DNA of 64,000 bases from Thermoanaerobaculia bacterium (GTDB taxonomy: Bacteria; Acidobacteriota; Thermoanaerobaculia; Multivoradales; UBA5704): assembly GCA_035644215.1 (NCBI GenBank), contig DASQPA010000125.1, positions 1,472-65,471 on the forward strand, written 5' to 3'. Below the pieces are notes generated by a model. That model did no database searches. It had not been told where the DNA came from and was given only the letters and a program-made list of their open reading frames with translations. The translations under genes and the position numbers were made by a program. Shown here piece by piece: positions 18,652-27,121 of this stretch; positions within the stretch are counted from its first letter, which is position 1; every line of letters starts with the position of its first letter.

Positions 18652-19653
18652 ATGGCGACGGAGCGGCAGCGCGAAGACCTCAACCGGGACTTGGGCTTCG
18701 GCGCCGTCGTCGCCCGCGACAGCGCGAGACGGCTGCTCAACCGGGACGGCAGCTTCAACGTCGTCCGCGAGGGCCTGCGGTTCTTCGCCTCCTGGAGCCC
18801 CTACCACTACCTGCTGACCGTCTCCTGGCCGCGCTTCCTGGGCCTGGTCTCCGCCGCCTACCTGGCGGCGAACGCCTTCTTCGGCTGCCTCTTCTGCGCC
18901 CTCGGGCCGGGCGCCCTCTCCGGGGTCGACGGCACCGGCATGGGCTCGCGCTTCCTCCAGTCCTTCTTCTTCAGCGTCCAGACCTTCGCCACCATCGGCT
19001 ACGGCTCGGTCTCGCCGGTGGGGATCGCCGCCAACCTGGTCGTCACCCTGGAGTCGCTGGTCGGCCTCTTGGGCTTCGCCCTGGCGACCGGCCTCCTCTT
19101 CGCCCGCTTCTCGCGGCCCACCGCCCACATCCTGTTCAGCGAGCCGGCGATCGTCGCCCCCTACCGCGGTATCACCGCCTTCGAGTTCCGTATCGCCAAC
19201 GCGCGGCAGAACCAGCTGATCGAGGTCCAGGCCAAGCTCCTCTACGCCGGCTTCCGAGACGGCCGGGGGACGCGCGACTTCGTCCCCTTGAACCTGGAGC
19301 GCGATCGGGTGACCTTCTTTCCCCTCGCCTGGACGATCGTCCACCCGATCGACTCCGAGAGCCCGCTCTTCGGCCTCACCCGGGAGGACCTGCTCGCCGC
19401 CGACGCCGAGTTCCTCATCCTCCTCTCCGGCATCGACGAGACCTTCGCCCAGACCGTGCACGCCCGCTCCTCCTACAAGGCGAACGAGATCGTCTGGGGA
19501 GCGCGCTTCACCAACCTGTTCAAACCGCCCAAGGGCGGCGTCCTCTCGATCGACATCGGCCGCCTGCACGAGATCGAGCGCGCCGCCCTGCCGGAGGCGC
19601 TGGCTCCTCCCCCGCCCGGACCACGGCGGATCGGCCCGGGCGAGGGCGCCTGA
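18652..19653 (+). CDS. inward-rectifier-type potassium channel (KirBac-like)
   Basis: It has a TIGYG selectivity filter between two TM helices and a cytoplasmic Ig-like C-domain, in the KirBac arrangement. Confidence 0.8.
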   Translation: MATERQREDLNRDLGFGAVVARDSARRLLNRDGSFNVVREGLRFFASWSPYHYLLTVSWPRFLGLVSAAYLAANAFFGCLFCALGPGALSGVDGTGMGSRFLQSFFFSVQTFATIGYGSVSPVGIAANLVVTLESLVGLLGFALATGLLFARFSRPTAHILFSEPAIVAPYRGITAFEFRIANARQNQLIEVQAKLLYAGFRDGRGTRDFVPLNLERDRVTFFPLAWTIVHPIDSESPLFGLTREDLLAADAEFLILLSGIDETFAQTVHARSSYKANEIVWGARFTNLFKPPKGGVLSIDIGRLHEIERAALPEALAPPPPGPRRIGPGEGA

Positions 19654-19665
19654 CGGCGCGGCGGG

Positions 19666-19935
19666 TCACTCGCCGCCGCCCCCCCGGTGCAGGTACCAGA
19701 GATTGCGCGAGTAAATACAGAGCCCGGTCGCCTGGCCGGCGATGAACACCGGGTCCTTCTGGTGGATCGAATAGAGGAGGAGGACGGCGCCGCCGCCGAG
19801 CGAGAGGAACCAGAAGGCGCGCGGGATCACGCTCTTCTTCTGCCGCTCGGTGGCGATCCACTGGACGAAGAAGCGGCCAAAGAAGAGAGATTGTCCGAGG
19901 AAGCCGACGAGGAGCCAGAAGTGCTTGAGGTCCAA
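19666..19935 (-). CDS. lipid-A-disaccharide synthase N-terminal (LAB_N) domain 2-TM protein; probably the C-terminal part of a frameshifted GT2 fusion
   Basis: (M)DLKHFWLLVGFLGQSLFFGRFFVQWIATERQKKSVIPRAFWFLSLGG... is the typical LAB_N sequence. The only possible start (TTG) lies 109 nt inside the GT2 ORF, in a different frame. Confidence 0.6.
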   Translation of the reverse strand: MDLKHFWLLVGFLGQSLFFGRFFVQWIATERQKKSVIPRAFWFLSLGGGAVLLLYSIHQKDPVFIAGQATGLCIYSRNLWYLHRGGGGE

Positions 19936-20696
19936 TCGGTGATCTCCACCGCGAGGCGCCGGTCGATCCAGCGCCGCTGCATCCAGCGCACCGCCAGCAG
20001 ATCGGCGAGCGCCCGGAAGAGGCGGTTGCGGATACTGTACTTGGTCTTGCCGTGGAGCCGCGGCCGGTGGTGGACCGGCAGCTCGGTGATCCGCCCGCCG
20101 TCCAGACGGACGAGGGTGGGGAGGAAGCGGTGCATGCCGGCGAACATGGGCACCCGCTTCATGGACTCGGCGCGGCCGGCGCGAAGCGAGCAGCCGACGT
20201 CCTCGACCCGCTCGTCGGTCGCCCAGTTGCGGACCCGGTTGGCGATGCGCGAGGAGAGTCGCCGCAGCCAGTCGTCGCGACGGTGGGTGCGGACGCCGGA
20301 GACCAGGTCCCAGCCGGGGGGAGTGGCGAGCTCCGCCAGCAGGCGCGGGATGTCGGCGGGATCGTTCTGGAGGTCGGCGTCCAGGGTCACCACGATCTCG
20401 CCCCAGGCGCTCCGGAAGCCGGCGGCGAGGGCCGCCGACTGGCCGGCGTTCTTGGCGAGATGGAGCACCCGCATCCGGGGGTCCTGGCCGGCCAGGTGCC
20501 GGAGCACCGCCAGGCTGCCGTCGGTCGAACCGTCGTCCACCCAGAGCACCTCGTAGCTCCGGCCGGTGGGACCTAAGGCGGCGCGGATCTCCACCGCCAG
20601 GAGCGGCAGGTTCTCCGCCTCGTCGTGGACCGGGATGACCAGGGAGACCTCGGGGGTCCAGGCGGGGGTCCGGGGAGATTGGCCGACCATTTGCAT
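19827..20696 (-). CDS. family 2 glycosyltransferase (polyprenyl-phosphate sugar transferase, ArnC/DPM1-like)
   Basis: It has a VSLVIPVHDEAENL...DDGSTDGS...DADLQNDP (DXD) core. The last roughly 35 aa are low-complexity Ser/Gly (TSSTSGSSSASS...), which looks like read-through in the wrong frame. Confidence 0.8.
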   Translation of the reverse strand: MQMVGQSPRTPAWTPEVSLVIPVHDEAENLPLLAVEIRAALGPTGRSYEVLWVDDGSTDGSLAVLRHLAGQDPRMRVLHLAKNAGQSAALAAGFRSAWGEIVVTLDADLQNDPADIPRLLAELATPPGWDLVSGVRTHRRDDWLRRLSSRIANRVRNWATDERVEDVGCSLRAGRAESMKRVPMFAGMHRFLPTLVRLDGGRITELPVHHRPRLHGKTKYSIRNRLFRALADLLAVRWMQRRWIDRRLAVEITDWTSSTSGSSSASSDNLSSLAASSSSGSPPSGRRRA

Positions 20697-20751
20697 CGTA
20701 ATATGTCACTCTTGCCGGCCGAAAGGGACCGGAGGTTGGGCGGAGGGGCCC

Positions 20752-22536
20752 TTGCAGACGTCCGGATTCGACTCCATCCCGGATTCAATCTCCGTGCCTG
20801 CGCTCGCGCGCCGGTCGTACGGACGGGGGAGAGCCCTGTCCGCCCTGCTCCTCGCCTGGTTCGGCCTGCTCCTCGCCGGGCTCGCTTTCCAGCTCGGCGG
20901 CTATCCCCTGCTCGACCCGGACGAGGGGAGGAACGCCGAGGTCGCCCGCGAGATGGTGGCGACCGGCGACTACCTCGTGCCGCGGCTCGACGGCCTGCCC
21001 TACCTCGACAAGCCGGTCCTCTTCTTCGCCGTCGACGCCCTCTCGATGCGGCTCCTGGGAGCGAACGAGCTGGCGGCGCGGCTCCCCGCGCTTCTCTTCG
21101 CCCTCGCCACCGCCGGCCTGACCGCCGCCTTCGCCGCCCGGCTCTTCGGCCGAGAATCGGCCTGGATCGCCGGGACGGCGGCGGCCGCGACGCCGCTCGT
21201 CGTGGTCTTCTCGCGTACCGTCATCTTCGACAGCATGCTGACCTTCTTCCTCACCCTCGCCCTCGTCGCCTTCTACCTGGCGATCGAGAGCGCTGCCGAA
21301 CGGCGGTCGCCTCTCGGCTGGAGTCTCCTGGGCTGGGGGGCGATGGGGCTGGGGGTGCTCACCAAGGGGCCGGTCGCCCTCGCCGTGCCGCTCCTCGTCG
21401 CCGTCCCGTACGCTCTCTGGCGAGGCGGGCGGGGTGACCGCCGGGGTTGGCGGGCCATCGCCTCCCCACTCGGGCCAGCCCTTCTCCTCGCTCTGGTCCT
21501 CCCCTGGCTCTGGGCGATGTCGCGGCAGGTGCCGGAGTTCCTCCACTACGCCCTGGTCTCCGAGACCTGGAAGCGGATGACGACCGACCAGTTCGCGCGC
21601 ACCGGTCCGCTCTGGTTCTTCGTCCCCTGCCTGCTGCTCGGCGCCCTGCCCTGGTCGTTCGTCGCCCTGGGCGCCCGGCGGCAGCTGCGGGATCTGCGGC
21701 AGGGGGAGGACGGCCGACTCGACCGGCGGCTCGTCTTCCTCTTCCTCTGGATCGGCCTGCCGTTCCTCCTCTTCTCGCTCTCCCACTCGAAGCGCCCGCA
21801 GTACATCCTGCCGCTCCTGCCGGCGGTGGCCCTGCTGGTCGCCGCGGCCTGGCGGGAGAGTGATCCCTCGCGCCCCCTTCCCGGCGCCCGGGCGGGGGCG
21901 GTCGCCTGGATCAGCTTCGGGAGCCTGTTGCTCGCCGCCGGGCTCGCCCTGCCGCGGCTCACCGCCGCGGCGGTCGTGGCCCTCCCGGCCCACCAGACCG
22001 GACCGCTGGCGCGGACCGCCCTGGCCGCCGGCCTCGCGGCTCTCCTGGGCGGCATCGCGGCCTGGCTCGGCGCGGCGCGCCGGGAGTCGGCCCTGATCGC
22101 CCTCGCCCTCCCCGCCGCGGTGCTGCCCTTCTTCCTCGCCCCCGCGCTGCGGGCGGTGGGCGACGATTTCTCCTCCCGCGACCTGGCGGCGGCGGTCGCG
22201 CCCTATCTCGCGCCCGGAGTTCAAGTGGTGGGGGTGCGGGCCTACCCCACCTCGCTGCCGTTCTACCTCGGGCGCACCGTGCTGGTGGTCGGGCCGCGCG
22301 GCCGGGAGCTCACCAGCAACTACATCATCGACTCCTTCCCCAAGTGGCTGGCCGCCCCCGAGACCCCGCTGCGCCCCTTGAGCTGGTGGCGCGGCGCCCT
22401 GGCCACCTGCGCCCGGCCGATGCTCTTCGTCGCCCACAGCGAGGACCGGGAGAACCGGTCTGTCCTCGCCCGGGCGGGCCTGCCCCTGCGCTTCGTGGAC
22501 AACGACTTCGCCGCCTACGGACCGTGCACCCCCTAG
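20752..22536 (+). CDS. ArnT/PMT-like glycosyltransferase (GT39/GT83 family, lipid-linked sugar to acceptor)
   Basis: It has the YPLLDPDEGRNAEVAREMVATGDYLVPRLDGLPYLDKPVLFF motif (DE..R...A.EM) followed by many TM helices. The start is uncertain: TTG at 20752 or GTG at 20794. Confidence 0.8.
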   Translation: MQTSGFDSIPDSISVPALARRSYGRGRALSALLLAWFGLLLAGLAFQLGGYPLLDPDEGRNAEVAREMVATGDYLVPRLDGLPYLDKPVLFFAVDALSMRLLGANELAARLPALLFALATAGLTAAFAARLFGRESAWIAGTAAAATPLVVVFSRTVIFDSMLTFFLTLALVAFYLAIESAAERRSPLGWSLLGWGAMGLGVLTKGPVALAVPLLVAVPYALWRGGRGDRRGWRAIASPLGPALLLALVLPWLWAMSRQVPEFLHYALVSETWKRMTTDQFARTGPLWFFVPCLLLGALPWSFVALGARRQLRDLRQGEDGRLDRRLVFLFLWIGLPFLLFSLSHSKRPQYILPLLPAVALLVAAAWRESDPSRPLPGARAGAVAWISFGSLLLAAGLALPRLTAAAVVALPAHQTGPLARTALAAGLAALLGGIAAWLGAARRESALIALALPAAVLPFFLAPALRAVGDDFSSRDLAAAVAPYLAPGVQVVGVRAYPTSLPFYLGRTVLVVGPRGRELTSNYIIDSFPKWLAAPETPLRPLSWWRGALATCARPMLFVAHSEDRENRSVLARAGLPLRFVDNDFAAYGPCTP

Positions 22537-22537
22537 C

Positions 22538-24406
22538 ATGTGCGGAATCTATGGCGCGGTAGCCCCCGGGCACCGGTCCGGCCAAGCTCCCGGTCCTCCC
22601 ACGGCGCTCGAAGGAATGGGCCAGGCCCTCCATCACCGCGGGCCGGACGGCCACTCCCTCCTGCTCGACGCGGAGTCCGGCTTCGGCACCGAGCGCCTGC
22701 GCATCGTCGACCTCGACCCGCGCGCCGACCAGCCCTTCGTCAGCCCGAACGGCCGCCTGCGGCTCGCCTGCAATGGTGAAATTTACAACGCCCCGGAGCT
22801 GCGCCGGCGCTACCGGGACTACCCGTTCGTCTCCCGCTCGGACGTCGAGACGATCCTCCCTCTCTACTTGGACCGCGGGCTCCCCGGGTTGGCCGACCTC
22901 GACGGCATGTTCGGCCTCGCCCTCTGGGACGGGGTGGCGGAGCAGCTGATCCTCGCCCGCGACCGGGCGGGCGAGAAACCGCTGTTCTATGTCCGGCTGG
23001 GGCGGGAGGTCTGGTTCGCCTCCGAGGTCCAGGCGCTCCTCGGGGTGCCGCGGCTGTCCCGAGAGCTGGACGAGGTGGCCCTGGCCCAGTTCCTCGCCCT
23101 GGGCTACGTCCTCGAGCCACGCACCCTCTTTTCCGCCATCCGCAGGGTCGAGGCCGGCACCTTCCTCTGTTTCGGCGTGGATGGCCGGGAGCAGGCGGTC
23201 CGCTACTGGGACCCGGCGAAGATCGCCGCCGGCTCCCCGGATGCCGGTCCGGTGGCCGATGCGGTCCCCCGCCTGCGCTCGCTCCTCGAAACCGCGGTCG
23301 GCAAGCAGGTCCAGGCGGACGTGCCGATCGGGGTCTTCACCAGCGGCGGGCTCGACTCCTCGATCCTCGCCGCCCTGACCGCCCGCACCCTGGGGGCGGA
23401 CCGGGTGCACACCTACTCCGCCCGTTTCACCGCCGCCTCCTACGACGAGTCGGCCTGGTCGGCGCGGGTCGCGGCGCGTCTCGGCACCCGCCACGTCGAG
23501 GTGGACTGCGGCGAGCCGGCCCTCCACGAGGCCTGGACCGCGGTGACCGACCAGCTGGCCGAGCCGCTCGCCGATCCCGCCATCCTTCCCGTCTATCTGC
23601 TGGCGCGGGCGGCGCGGCGGGAGGTCAAGGTCATCCTCTCCGGCGAAGGGGCGGACGAGCTGTTCGGCGGCTATCCCACCTACCTCGGGCACCGGCTCGC
23701 CCCCTGGCTCCTGCGGCTCCCCGTCCCCCTCCGGCGGCTTCTCTCCACCGGCCTCCACCGGCTCCCCGCCTCCGGCCGCAAGGTGACGATCGAGTACCTG
23801 CTGAAACGTTTCCTCGCCGAGATCGACCGGCCCTGGGCCGAGCGCCACCTCTGCTGGTTCGGGACCGGCCTGGTGCGCGACCGGGAGGGCTGGGAGCGGG
23901 CGGGCCTCGACGCCCTGCTCGCCGCGGCGGGACCCGACCCGGCGGGCGCCCTGCTTCTCGACTACCGGACCTACCTGCGCGACGGCCTCCTGGTCAAGGT
24001 CGACCGCGCCACCATGCTCCAATCGGTCGAGGCCCGGGCGCCCTACCTCGACCGTGACGTGACCGCCTTCGCCCTCGCCCTGCCGATCGAGGAGAAGATC
24101 CGCGGCCTCACCGGCAAGCGGGTCCTCAAGCGGGCGGCCCGGGCCTGGCTGCCGCGCGCCGTCGTCGAGCGCCGCAAGCGCGGGCTCTCGGTGCCGGTGG
24201 CGGGCTGGATCAACAACGGCCTGGGGCCGGAGGTCGACCGCCTGCTCGCCCCCGAGCGCCTGCGGCGCCAGGAGATCCTCGACGCTGGAAGAATCGGCCA
24301 GCTCCTCGCCGAGCACCGCGCCGGCCGCGCCAACCACGCCCGGCCGTTGTGGGCGGCTTTGGTGCTGGAGCGCTGGCTGGAACGCTGGCTGCCGGAACGG
24401 GCGTGA
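22538..24406 (+). CDS. asparagine synthase (glutamine-hydrolysing) family amidotransferase
   Basis: It has the MCGIYG N-terminal Cys, the SGGLDSS PP-loop and the EGADELFGGY motif, 622 aa in all. It sits 2 nt after the ArnT-like stop. Confidence 0.9.
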   Translation: MCGIYGAVAPGHRSGQAPGPPTALEGMGQALHHRGPDGHSLLLDAESGFGTERLRIVDLDPRADQPFVSPNGRLRLACNGEIYNAPELRRRYRDYPFVSRSDVETILPLYLDRGLPGLADLDGMFGLALWDGVAEQLILARDRAGEKPLFYVRLGREVWFASEVQALLGVPRLSRELDEVALAQFLALGYVLEPRTLFSAIRRVEAGTFLCFGVDGREQAVRYWDPAKIAAGSPDAGPVADAVPRLRSLLETAVGKQVQADVPIGVFTSGGLDSSILAALTARTLGADRVHTYSARFTAASYDESAWSARVAARLGTRHVEVDCGEPALHEAWTAVTDQLAEPLADPAILPVYLLARAARREVKVILSGEGADELFGGYPTYLGHRLAPWLLRLPVPLRRLLSTGLHRLPASGRKVTIEYLLKRFLAEIDRPWAERHLCWFGTGLVRDREGWERAGLDALLAAAGPDPAGALLLDYRTYLRDGLLVKVDRATMLQSVEARAPYLDRDVTAFALALPIEEKIRGLTGKRVLKRAARAWLPRAVVERRKRGLSVPVAGWINNGLGPEVDRLLAPERLRRQEILDAGRIGQLLAEHRAGRANHARPLWAALVLERWLERWLPERA

Positions 24407-24486
24407 GGAGCGTCCGATTCCTGTCCCGATTGGCCCTGCGGTGTGGGGGCGCTCGCAGGGATTCGACCAACGTTTCGGCGAAGGCG

Positions 24487-24551
24487 TAGAGACGTCCCAG
24501 GTCCTGAACGATACCCTTCGCAGTCCACGGGGACCGCGGGACGTCTCCGCA
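24487..24551. repeat. roughly 65-nt palindromic hairpin (GAGACGTCCC-A-GGTCC ... GGACC-GC-GGGACGTCTC) related to the 50130 element
   Basis: An inverted repeat read from the sequence. It shares CGTAGAGACGYCC and GGGMCGTCTCCGCA with the element at 50130-50288. Confidence 0.6.
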
Positions 24552-25057
24552 TAGGGTTGTCGCCCCCTACGCGCGTCATTCCCTCTCTGGGCGGCCCCGC
24601 AAGTCGCGATCCCAAACAACGCCGCGAGCGATGCTTTCGCGGATCGTATTCATGTCGTGTCGCGTCACGGCATGAGCGGTTTTTCCCAGGATCCCAAACC
24701 AGGAAGGAATCGGTCTGAGCTCATCTGGAACTTCGATCGTCGCCTTCATAGAGCCAATAAACCGTATTACCGGCTTCCCGTCAAGTCACCGGCCGTCCGC
24801 GGTAGACCGGCGGCGTTGCCGGAACCGACCGCAGGCCGAGCTTGGTCGCCACCTGTGGCAAGCCCACGGCGAGGCGGGGAAACCTTGCCAGAGAAGCAGC
24901 CTCCAAGACCGGCACAGCGCCTCCTACCGCGTCCCTCCCCCCGGGGCGGGGGAGGGTTGGGCCTGGGGGGAGGACAGGAGGGGGGGATCGCGTGGGAGGC
25001 GGGAGAGGCGGGAGGTCCAGCGGAGTTCTCCTGGTCCGCGGCTCCACCTCCCTTGCG

Positions 25058-25320
25058 CGGTGAGCGTGTGCCTGCGCGCAGTGACCGCGTACCTGTACGC
25101 GATAGCCGTGTGCCTGCGCGCGACGATCGCGCGCCTGTACACAGTGACCGTGTGCAGACACGCAATCACCGAGCGCCTGCACGCGTTGACCGCGCGCCTG
25201 TACGCAGTGACTGTGTGCCAGCACGCGATGACTGCGCGACTGTACGCGATCACCGTGTGCCTGCGCGCCGTGATCGCGTACCTGCGCGTGATGACCGCGC
25301 GCCTGTACGCAGAGGCCGCG
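25058..25320. repeat. tandem array, about 12.5 copies of a 21-nt unit (consensus GCGATGACCGCGCGCCTGTAC, alternating with GCGATAGCCGTGTGCCTGCGC)
   Basis: Read directly. The CGCG-rich units carry local palindromes (CGCGTAC-CT-GTACGCG, GCGCGACGATCGCGCGC). All frames are open and the array is intergenic. Confidence 0.9.
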
Positions 25321-25562
25321 TGCAGGGCTCCTTCCCGCGCACCCGCATACCCTGGAGACGTCCTGGTGTCTTAGACCCTACCACGTCGAGAAGGGGTGAC
25401 TGCGCCCGAACAGCTGCCCGGAGAGAGACCGGGCCCCCCTGCGGTACAATCCCCGGACCGCTATGAATCCACCCTTTGCCTGGCCCGAACCCAGAAGTGC
25501 CGCTCACGACAAGCTCCTCTCCGACGTCCAGGGAACAGCGCGTGAGCTGAAGGAGGACGATC

Positions 25563-26936
25563 ATGAAGGATATCGTTTTCTCCAGCACCCTCCAGCTGGC
25601 CGCCGCCCTCCGGGCCGGGCGTGTTTCCGCCCGGGAAGCGCTGGACGCACACCTGGCGCAGATCGAGCGGCACAACCCGGTTTTGAACGCTGTCATCACT
25701 CTGGATGCGGAGCGGGCGCAAAACCGGGCGCGGGAAGCGGATGCAGCCTTGGCGCGCGGTGAGATCTGGGGGCCGCTCCATGGCGTGCCCTTCACGCTGA
25801 AGGATGCCCATGCGACGGCGGGCGTACGCACCACGACCGGGTCCCCAGAGCTCGCCGACCAGGTGCCGCAAGAGGATGGCACCGTGGCCTCTCGCCTCAA
25901 GGCGGCGGGCGGCATTCTCGTCGGCAAGACGAACGTGCCTTCCATGCTGGCCGATTTTCAGTCCAGCAATCCCATCTTTGGCCGCACGAACAACCCTTGG
26001 AACGTCCTGCGCACGCCGGGGGGTTCGAGCGGCGGCGCCGCCGCGGCGCTGGCGGCCGGGATGACGCCGTTTGAAGTGGGCACCGACCTCTCCGGTTCGC
26101 TCCGTCTCCCGGCTCACTTCTGTGGTCTGTTCGGGCTGAAGCCCACCGAGCACCGGGTGTCCCTGGTCGGACTGATCCCGGGTCTTCCCGGGCCGCGGAG
26201 CGTCCGCATCATGTCCTGTATCGGTCCGCTGGCCCGCACCGTCGAGGATCTGGCGCTCCTCTACCCGATCCTGGCGGGGCCGGATGGACGCGACACCGAC
26301 GTTCCTCCCGTGCCTGTCGACGAGGTACCGAGGCTCGCGCTCAGCGACCTGCGGATCGCTTTTTCTCCGACCTTTCCGGGATTTCCGGTCGCGGCAGACG
26401 TTCGCGAGGCGGTGGAACGGCTGGCCCGGCAACTCCAACCCTTGTGCGCAGCCGTTGCAGAAGCGACCCTGCCAGGGCTGGATTTCCAGCGGGATCTCTC
26501 GGACGCCGGTGCGCTCATCGGGATGGCGATCGGAGCCTTCCAGCCGGAAAAGTCTGGAAAGCCTGCGACTCTCGCGCAGTATCTGGAAGCGCTCGACCGC
26601 CGGGACCGGTCCATTCTCGCGTGGGAGGAGCTCTTCCAGTCCTGGGACGTCCTTCTCTGCCCTCCGTCCATGGTCACCGCGTTTCCACACTGTGAAGCCG
26701 GAACGCCCCTCTGCGTCGATGGCCAGGACGTCGAGTATGGGAAGGTCAGCGCCCACTGCGCCTTGTTCAATTATTCGGGCCACCCCGGAGTCGTGCTGCC
26801 GTATGGGCTCGATCGAGAGGGCTTGCCCGTGGGGGTGCAGCTGGTCGGGAAACGCTGGGGCGAATCGCGGCTGCTGGCGATCGCCCAGGCCGTCTCGGAA
26901 GTGAGCGGCGAATTCCGACGGCCGCCGGGCTATTGA
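25563..26936 (+). CDS. amidase (amidase-signature family, GatA-like)
   Basis: It has GGSSGGAAAALAAG and the Ser-cisSer-Lys signature region, 457 aa in all. Confidence 0.85.
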   Translation: MKDIVFSSTLQLAAALRAGRVSAREALDAHLAQIERHNPVLNAVITLDAERAQNRAREADAALARGEIWGPLHGVPFTLKDAHATAGVRTTTGSPELADQVPQEDGTVASRLKAAGGILVGKTNVPSMLADFQSSNPIFGRTNNPWNVLRTPGGSSGGAAAALAAGMTPFEVGTDLSGSLRLPAHFCGLFGLKPTEHRVSLVGLIPGLPGPRSVRIMSCIGPLARTVEDLALLYPILAGPDGRDTDVPPVPVDEVPRLALSDLRIAFSPTFPGFPVAADVREAVERLARQLQPLCAAVAEATLPGLDFQRDLSDAGALIGMAIGAFQPEKSGKPATLAQYLEALDRRDRSILAWEELFQSWDVLLCPPSMVTAFPHCEAGTPLCVDGQDVEYGKVSAHCALFNYSGHPGVVLPYGLDREGLPVGVQLVGKRWGESRLLAIAQAVSEVSGEFRRPPGY

Positions 26937-27017
26937 CCGATTTCGTCCTCGCCGCGGGTCTGCCGCGAGTCCCGCCACCGTTCCCCGGGTCGAGCGCTCG
27001 GCGCGGGTCGCCGGGGG

Positions 27018-27036
27018 GGGAGAGCGGTCGCTCTCC
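27018..27036 (+). terminator. possible terminator hairpin after the amidase (GGAGAGC-GGTC-GCTCTCC), with no U-tract
   Basis: A 7-bp GC-rich stem flanked by G-runs and no T-run, so this is weak. Confidence 0.2.
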
Positions 27037-27121
27037 GGCCTGGGGGACGTGACGGTCACCGCTGGAATGCCCGGATCGAGGCACGGTATGCCTTTTAACT
27101 GATGTAGAATAGCTTTCCTTC

